The position numbers were made by a program, and so were the translations under genes. The notes under the pieces were generated by a model, which worked only from the letters and a program-made list of their open reading frames with translations, did not search any database and had not been told where the DNA came from. A stretch of 63,696 nt of DNA, the filler included, from Conidiobolus incongruus B7586 (taxonomy: Eukaryota): the NCBI GenBank assembly GCA_000697335.1. It is 10 parts of 10 records of this genome, joined end to end, with 100 filler letters (N's around TTAATTAATTAA, not from the genome) between each part and the next. Parts side by side here need not be neighbours in the genome. Positions count along the whole stretch, not along the records: positions 52,346 to 62,418 come from JNEM01007141.1; positions 62,519 to 63,696 come from JNEM01007147.1; 8 more parts are not named here. One strand, written 5' to 3'. Below are positions 55,247 through 63,696 of this stretch, one piece after another. Each line of letters opens with the position of its first letter. The first letter of the stretch is position 1.

Positions 55247-56763
55247 TACTGTTTTTCAAAATTGATAAAATTTTGGATATCAAATAAAGGTTAAATTATA
55301 AACCCAAGCTTTTAACAAGACAAATCTTTTTATAGTTCAAATGATAAATAAATAATCATTTGATTAAAAAAAGTTCAAAGATATTCAATATATAATGTAT
55401 TTAAATTATAATTTTCAAAAATATTTATTGCAAAATTAGATAATCTTTATTGTTTTGTAACACAATGGAAATTTTAAAATGATTCAATTATAAAAATATT
55501 TATTAAACCAATCTTAAATATTTATTCGAATTTTTATATATATATATTCTTAAGTATTTAAAACGATCAATAATTTCGAAAATAACCATATATTATTGAT
55601 TTTTTAAAATTAATGATATTTCGGATTCAATCTACAACTATATTTGAATTATGGCAAAAATAAAAATAAACAACTAAATAATTATATAGAATATGAAAAA
55701 TATACTATTATATAGCGAAAAAGGGAAAATCAAAAAGATGTCTGCTAATTTGGTATATTAAATCAAATGCAATAAATATACTTCATCAAAACTATAATTA
55801 AATAATAGACTCATAAAAATATACAAAAACTTGTTTAAAACATATAGAAAAAATGTGCTTCAATAAAATATTGGGATAAAGAGGCTAAATAATGGGCAAG
55901 TAAATGTAGAAAATATATCAAGATATGCAGACTCAAGTTTATCACCATTTCTATAATTTCTGTAAAATATCAAACCTTATTTATAAGAGAAATATTTTTG
56001 TCATCAAGCGATTTGTCTAAAATGCTCAAATGTAAGCTTATAACTTTAATAATTATGCTGATTTCAGAATTGTAGTTATGATAGAATGCCACCAAATTGG
56101 TATAATTTTTAAACCTTAAGCAATAAAAAAAATCATTTTGAAAGAGTTGAAAAATATTTAATCAAATAATCCTTTATCATGATTTATTGCATTGTGATAT
56201 GATAATGGATGTAATTCAGTTTGCTTTTTATGAACAATTGAGATATTCAGAGAAACAATATTGAATTAAGCCAGTTGACTCAATTCCTTTCGATATAGAA
56301 TCAAATTAGTGATTAATTGACATGTATAATATATTGCATTTTATATATTCTAAATGAGAAAATAAATATTAATATTATCAATCATTTTTCATTTTTATAT
56401 CAACAAAATAATAAATAAGCAAAAGATTCAAAATTAAGAATACAAATTACCTTGTATGATAATTCGGCAATTAATACATCTAATATTACTAAAAATTCTA
56501 TTAAAAATAAAAAATGGTGCATATCATTACAATCTGGATATCCACAAAATTTAAATTTATATTGTTCTTTGTGGGTTTAGACTTAAGTTGAAGTCTGTGA
56601 AGGAAAACAATATCAAAATCTGAACTAATTAAAGATGAAACCTGAAGAATTATTAAAACACTAACAAAAAAGTGCTTTTAATGAGGTATCACAGTTGTCT
56701 AATACATAGTGAGATATAATACAAAATAATGGTGAAAATTTAATCATTATATTTATTATTGAT

Positions 56764-57097
56764 TGTCACGGGCCGGAGGACCCGTTCGTCCTTAACAATT
56801 CAATTTATTCGAGAACCCCGTCACAGATCCACCTGCAACGTGACCACAAAATACACCCAAGCAATGCAATCAATCGTTCCATCTGACTTACGGTTAGTAC
56901 GCTGGGAAGACACGTCAATCAAACTATAAATATGCCGGCTACAGCCAAGTTATCACGTCGGTCCTCTTCCTAGGGTACAGCCCAATAATCCAGGTTAAAC
57001 AATAAATTACCCCTTTTATATCACCAAACAGGTGCCGTCCCGGAAGACGACTATTTACTTAAAAGTTATTGGACACTTGACTTGCCAGCCAGTGTCA
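56764..57097 (+). repeat. CpG-rich solo-LTR-like unit (334 bp)
   Basis: TGTCAC...GTGTCA termini, internal TATA (ctataaata) and AATAAA. Same length and layout as the adjacent LTR 57125-57459. No TSD or PBS seen. Confidence 0.65.
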
Positions 57098-57124
57098 CTA
57101 TTAATTTTATTTTGGTAATAATAC

Positions 57125-60100
57125 TGTCACAAGTCAGGTGACTCTCCTCCCACATAATATGCTTACTTCAAATGAATATAAGGGTCATCCCCCCCCTCAC
57201 ATAACCAACCACTTCAACCCTATCCTTTAATCAGCTAATGATACAACCCTCTAGAAAACTCCAGAAACCTACTACTCTATGTACTATATATAGAACCCAG
57301 AAACAAAGCTATTTTGCACAGAAGGAGTTTGATCTGGGTCTTCCTAGCTATTTAGCTCAAACCAATAAACCCCTTATCTCCCTAACCTTTACCTGGAATT
57401 CCCTAGATCTCTCTCTTTTGCTTATACTATTCCAGACACAACTTTCCCAAGATGTGTTAATTTGGTGGAGAATTTATACCCTTATCCCCTATTTGCTGAA
57501 GATTATACTATTCAAATATTAATCAATAAGAGTATAATTCCAAAAAATATATAATTGTTAAAAAAAATCAATATGTTTAAGAATAATTTTACCAAAAAGC
57601 ATTGAATACTACTTTTAATATAACAACCTAAAATGAATGAAGAAACTAAGTATTACAACATTAATATGGATAATCATCACTAAAAAGATAATATGATGAA
57701 TAACAAAGAATATGAACCACAAAATAATATTGAAGATTTGAAACAACAACCTGATTTTATCCAAGAATTAAAGAAATCACTTAATAATCTTAACTGTGAA
57801 CAAACCATTACTCTAAAGAAATTAATTGAAAAAGCATCTAAACCAATTAACACCACTTTTGATAATATTAACTTAAACTTCTATAGCAAAAATAACACTC
57901 CTAATATCAAACCAAAAACTCAAATAATAATTAATAATAACAATTTAAACCCAAGAAGTTTTGAAACCAATATTAGTTTTTACATACTATTCAACCTTTA
58001 CAATCTTGTTAATTAGACTAATTAGCTATATTTCAATGTAAAAAAGTTTAATCCCAAAGCATAGATAGAATAAGTTAAAGTGCTAAAGGAAATGTATAAT
58101 GTGCTAGATAATATCACACTAAAGAAGGTTCAAATTATTATTGATTTGAACACTAGCTATTAGCTTAGAAACATTATAAACTATAAACCCAACTTTATAT
58201 AGAATGATTTTGTCAAGAGATTCAAAGAATGCTTTTATAATCTAAATTGTGAATAAGAATTGATCACCAAATTATACTTAGCTAAGATATATCAAAACAA
58301 ATAAGTTGAAGATTTTGCTTACAGGATCAAAAACTAAACTTAATCTCTATAATATAGTTATGATATTAATCTTGTTAAAATATTTAAAAAAGATTATGTC
58401 TAAAAATTTATGAAAGAGTTATTCAAGAATTAATCAACTTTAGCATTAGATTTAAATTTAGTTTCAATAAAATATTAGAATCTATCATTAAGAATGAAAA
58501 AATTATTATAGAAATTGAAAAATATAAACAAAACAATGTTTTCAACAGAAATCTAAATGAGTTTATCAAAAAACTAAATAAGTTTGTAGAAGAAAGTAAC
58601 TAATATCATAAACCTCACAAAAGTTTTTCATAAAAGTTAAGACCTCTGTTTAAATCAAATCACAGCTTTAAAGACACAAGAAATAACAATAACAATTGAA
58701 AATCAAGTGAAAAATCCCTATTCTTTAAAGAAAAAACAGGGAATAAAGAAGGAGAAGCAAATACTAAAGTAGATAATTATTTTATTACAGATTTTACAAT
58801 TAATAATTTATATGAATAAAATACAAGTGAAGTTATAATTAATCCTAATATAATAAAGAAGGATGATAAAGTTATCAATAAGTGTATAGTTATTAACTTA
58901 AATTAGTTAAAACCTAATTTGTTAATATACTATAACCTAACTCTTACCAACCTTTTTTAAAAACTGAATAAATCTTTAGTCACTGAACATAATAAAGATT
59001 TAGTTGAATTATTCATAGCTATGTCTTACAAAAGAAACAAAGATGAGAATTACTCTAGTAAAAATAACAACAAAAAAATTAAATTATCAATTAATAATAT
59101 ATAAAACTCTAAAACAAATAATGATAAATAAGATCTATCAAATAAAGATATATTTATAAAAAAGAAGAATAGATTTACAATTAGAAAAAAAAAATTAAAA
59201 GAGGTTATATTAAAAAAGCTATTAATAAAAAAAATATAATCAAATTAATTTTAAACTATATAATCTAAATTCTACTATATACTTTAATAGAATTATCCCT
59301 AAAATTGAAAACAAAGCTCATTAAACAAATAAATCTAAAAATTCCAAACCAGGCTCTTATAATGAATGTATGTGAAAATATAATATTAGTCTCAAAATTA
59401 CACAAAGAAACTATTCTACTAAAGAAGTTCTTTAAGCATAACATTAATTATAACCTGTTTATATTAAAAGACACTGTTATTAAACTAAGAAAAAATACTA
59501 AAATTAGAACAGGTATTGCTATTACACTTCTAAAAAACATATACACTAAACTTAAATTAAGATCTAGTTTGGTTTATAATAATAGTTTAATAGTAGAAGG
59601 AGGTATAATTAACAATAAATATCATAATAAAATATTTGTAATTCTTAAAAATCAAAATAATACTAACAAATTAGTTAAAAAATAAAGCAAAATTGTATAG
59701 TTAATCTTAATAGAAAATCACCATACTTAAATTATTAAAGTTGAACTTAATAACTTACCATACTCTAACTACAATAAAAAAAGCTTTAAATTTATAAATA
59801 AAATTGAACAAACAACTAGTGAAGATAATTTGCTAATGGGCTTAGGTTGTCCAAAAGCAGAAATCAAAATATATAATATTAACACTATAATCTACATTAA
59901 TGGTAGTGTTGGTAAAGACATTATAAGTTAAGATATAGCAAAATTTATTAGTATTAAAGTATTAGAAGAAACTAATATTATGCTTTAAATACTAAATGGT
60001 ATTATATATCCAATTAGAGAAACTGTTGAAATACCTATTAAAATTACTAATATCAAAATAAAAGTGAATTTTACTGTTGTGGAATCTAATAATATATCTG

Positions 60101-62069
60101 TGTTGTTTAGTTGCTTTTAGCTAAATACTATAAATATAGAAACAATATAGAAAAACAAAATGTTTACAATTAACTTTAAAAACTAAAAAGGTATTCTAGA
60201 TATATTTACAAATAACAAAATTAACAATAGAAGTTTAATTAAAGTATTAGAATTTTATAGTAATTTGATGTTAAATTTTGACAAAAAAATCATAATGAAT
60301 TAATTAAATATTTGTTAAATATTTTAAATAAATAACATGACAAAAAAAAACTTATTGAAATTTTTAATATAAACCTTAGAATTTATGTAAAATCTCTTTA
60401 TGATTTAAATGGAACTAACAAAATCAAACACTATATCTCACTAGAAAATAAAAGCATAAAACTAATCCATAAAGGAATATTAAGAATCTTAGTCTACTTA
60501 CAAGTTAAAATAGAAAAAGAAGTTAAACAAATGTTTAACACTAATGTTATTAAACAATCTAACTTAATATAAGCAAGTAAATTAATTATAGTACCAAAAC
60601 AAAACAAAGGCATTAGACTTTATATTAACTATAAACTAATAAATACTATAACAATTAAAGAAAAGTATCTATTGCTAAATATATAAGATATTATTAACAT
60701 ATTACAACCTAGATTTATTTTTATTATATTCAATCTAATGAGTAGTTATTGGTAAATTTATATGGTTGAAAAAAACAAAATTAAAATAGCTTTTCATATA
60801 TTTTAAGATTACTATTAATTCACTAGAATATTATTTAGATTGATGTTAACCTTGAATATATTTTAAAAATTAATAAATATAACATTTAGCAAGTACATCA
60901 ATATATTTATATATATCTATTTAGATAATGTTATAATATTTTTTAAATCAATTAAAAAATATTTTAAACATATCAATTTGGTATTTTAATCATTTTATAA
61001 TATAAACTTAAAGATTAACTTAGAAAAATTTTATTTTTGTTTGAAAAAATTAATTATTTAGGCTTTGTCATCAGAAATAGAGTTATCAAAACCAATCTTA
61101 GAAATATAAAAAAAGTCAAGAATTTTAAAACTCTTAAAGATAAAACAGATGTGAAAACATTTCTCAGCTTATCAAAATCTTATCATTATTTTATTAAAAA
61201 TTATTCAAAAATTACTGCACTATTTATTAAGTTTACTAAAGAAAAAGTTAAATTTGTATGGTTATCTAATGAAAAAGAAGCTTTTCATACACTTATCAAT
61301 AAATTAACCAGTAAACCTATTTTAACCAGCTTAGATTTTAAAAAAGAATTTATACTATCAACAGATAATTTAGATCTAGCTATTAAAATAGTTCTAGTAT
61401 AGTTAAACTTAAATAGAAAAGAAAAAGCTTGTAGATATTTTTTTAGAATTTTGTCCCCTATAGAAAAAAAATATTCTGTTATTTAAAAAGAAGCTTTTAT
61501 AGTTGTTTCAACTATAACTTATTTTAGAAACTATTTATAAAGCAAGCATTTTATAATTTATATAGATTATATGCTTCTTTATCAGTTTTTGTTTACTATA
61601 GAACCTTTTGCATAATTAACTTGATAAGTTACTACTCTTATAGAATACAATTTTACTTTTGAATATAAACCCAGCAAACATAATAAGAATATTAATAAAT
61701 TAAGTAGATTAAAATTTAAAGTATTATTTACAAAAGAAATTAAAATGATTAATGGAAAAAAATATAATAAAACTTCAGAAAAAATTATTCATCATTTATT
61801 AAGAATAAAATATAATAAAAAGTATAAACCTATAAGTAATATTAGAAACAAATACATTAAATTCAGAATTATTGATAATAAACTATTCAAAGTCAAAAAA
61901 TCTAAAAAAAGTATTATATATAAGTGAGTACCAATTACTAAAGAATATTTTAATATTATTAAAGCAGCTTACAATAATTTAAAACATTTCATAACAATAG
62001 CTACATTAGAAAAAGTTATATCAAATTACTACTAGCTTAACTTTATAAATAATATTAGATCTTATATTA
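57125..62069 (+). mobile_element. Ty3/gypsy element (family C): 5' LTR 57125-57459, PBS 57463-57473, gag-pol pseudogene interrupted in integrase
   Basis: LTR TGTCAC...GTGTTA, then TGGTGGAGAAT (complementary to a tRNA-Ala-type 3' end). Protease-like IYINGSVG ~59890, RT IYLDNVI ~60915 and INYLGFVI, RNase H FILSTD, integrase zinc-binding region ~61955. Confidence 0.9.
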
Positions 62070-62418
62070 TTACCATAGAATTGAAGAAATGGGAAATTTT
62101 TTAATTTCTGATTTTTCAAATGTATTATTAGTTTCAAATAAGCAAATATATTCAAAACAAATAGGAAAATAAATAGTTTTGAATTATATATATATATATA
62201 TATATAATAATTTTTTTAATTAAAAAATGAATTTTTTAAAATTAGTTGTTTAATTTAATCATGCTTAAACCAAATAGTAACTATCAAAAGTCTTTTATTT
62301 TAGTATTAGTAAAACTTAACCACAAACCCTCTAAAATCATTCAAAATTTACAAACAGCTTTTGGTAATAAAGCATTATCTAAATCAACAATTTATTGCTA
62401 GGTAAATTACTTTAAGAG
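62070..62418 (+). mobile_element. mariner 5' end inserted into the gypsy integrase, runs into gap
   Basis: TA-ttaccatagaattgaagaaatgggaaattt. MLKPNSNYQKSFILVLVKLNHKPSKIIQNLQTAFGNKALSKST. Confidence 0.9.
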
Positions 62419-62518
62419 NNNNNNNNNNNNNNNNNNNNNNNNNNNNNNNNNNNNNNNNNNNNTTAATTAATTAANNNNNNNNNNNNNNNNNNNNNNNNNN
62501 NNNNNNNNNNNNNNNNNN

Positions 62519-63696
62519 TTTTACCTAAGGTGAGTTATAAATTTGTAGGTTTTTGGTGATAAAAAAAAATTAAAACCTAGTATATCTACCTTTAGCTTTT
62601 CTAACTTCTTTAAGTTTGTGGGGTATAGAATCAATTAACTTCTTACACTAGGAAGGGTTAATCTTGTTCTATGCTTCTTGAATATATTCTTAAAGTTGAT
62701 CTAAATTTTTTGCTGGGGGGAAAGCTTTAATAGCTTTTTTTAACTAATCCCAAAGGTGTTTAATTAGATTAAGGTTAGGAAATTGAAGAGGCTACTTTAT
62801 AACTATTATCTTGTTATTTTTAAGCCATTTGGTAGTAGAAGCTGTAGTATAGCAAAAGGTATTATCTTACTAGAAAATAACATTAGATTTATTTAACCCA
62901 TATTATTCAATGGTTTTTTTCAATTCATTGTTTAGAATACTTTAGTACATTTCAGAATTAATTCCCCCATTAACTTTACAAAGATACCTTATACTTAAAG
63001 ACAATATACATCCCTAAACAATAATTGACCCATCACTATACTTTTGGGTAGAATTAATATAATGGTTATAAAGTAGTTCTGCATCTTTTCTGAAGTATCT
63101 AGCTTTTCTATCAGATCTACTAAGGTATATTTTTGTTTCATTAGACTAAATAACCTTACTCTAATCAGTTTCAATTTAACATTAGTAATGACATTTAAAC
63201 TCCCACCTAGCTTTATAGTGGGATTTCTTTAGTTGGGGGTGTTTTTTCTTAAGGTGTAAACAATATCTATGCTAATATAAAGCATGTATAATAGTATCAG
63301 TGCTAACCAATATTTTTATATAGTTTTGTAGTTCCTGCTATATTTCTACAGCAGTACCACATTTGCCTGTACTAACTAACCTATAGATATACTTCTCATC
63401 ATATTCATCTATAATCCTAGCACACTTAAGTTTAGGTTTAAATGTTTTTTTATTGCTATTCTTAACAACTTTAACTATAGTAGACTAGCTAACACTAGTA
63501 ATTCTAGCAATATCACAAGTTGATTTACCTTCTTTATAAAGTTGATTAATACACAAGTGGATTTTTTTAGAGAGGGATTTAGGTATAATGATACTAATAA
63601 AAAAAATTTAGTATATCTGTAAAATATTATATAAAATAATAGCAAAGAGAGAAAAAAAATATGGTTATATATTGTTAAATATATCCCTTTATCTCA
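62519..63696 (-). mobile_element. Tc1-like copy, both ends missing (gap and window edge)
   Basis: Collinear with 15891-17068; differs by transitions. Confidence 0.93.

Noticed and set aside
57238..61927. ORFs 57238, 57693, 59305, 61037 and 61745 as independent genes
   Set aside because: They are a chance LTR ORF and stop-free fragments of the mutated gypsy gag-pol. The same applies to 21001, 23091 and 45977 within a mariner, gag and the TF pseudogene.

Overview
This is very AT-rich fungal genomic DNA with short GT-AG introns, a Zn2Cys6 transcription factor and a eukaryotic tRNA gene. It comes from a draft scaffold with nine 100-nt N/TTAATTAATTAA/N gap spacers. From memory, the Zn-cluster protein family and base composition resemble early-diverging Entomophthorales (Conidiobolus-like); this is inference and unverified. 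Host genes are few: a 4-exon TPR + metallo-beta-lactamase (glyoxalase II-like) fusion (6143-7641), a convergent 4-exon SLC35F transporter (9533-8374), tRNA-Pro(AGG), an intronless Zn2Cys6 factor (42360-44099) and its tandem pseudogene. About half the window is dead transposons: six Tc1-like DD34E copies with long IR/DR-type ends, about ten mariner DD34D copies or fragments, and several Ty3/gypsy LTR elements. A 22.6-kb multi-level nest spans 12420-35056. The main signal is that multi-copy repeats are wrecked almost only by C>T/G>A transitions. CpG is nearly erased, then CpA and CpT, with few indels. Genes, a diverged gene duplicate and one lone LTR keep their CpGs. This looks like a RIP-like repeat-directed hypermutation system in a lineage where RIP is not classically described. 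Two Tc1 copies sit in TA sites that appear to have been created from CA by this process.
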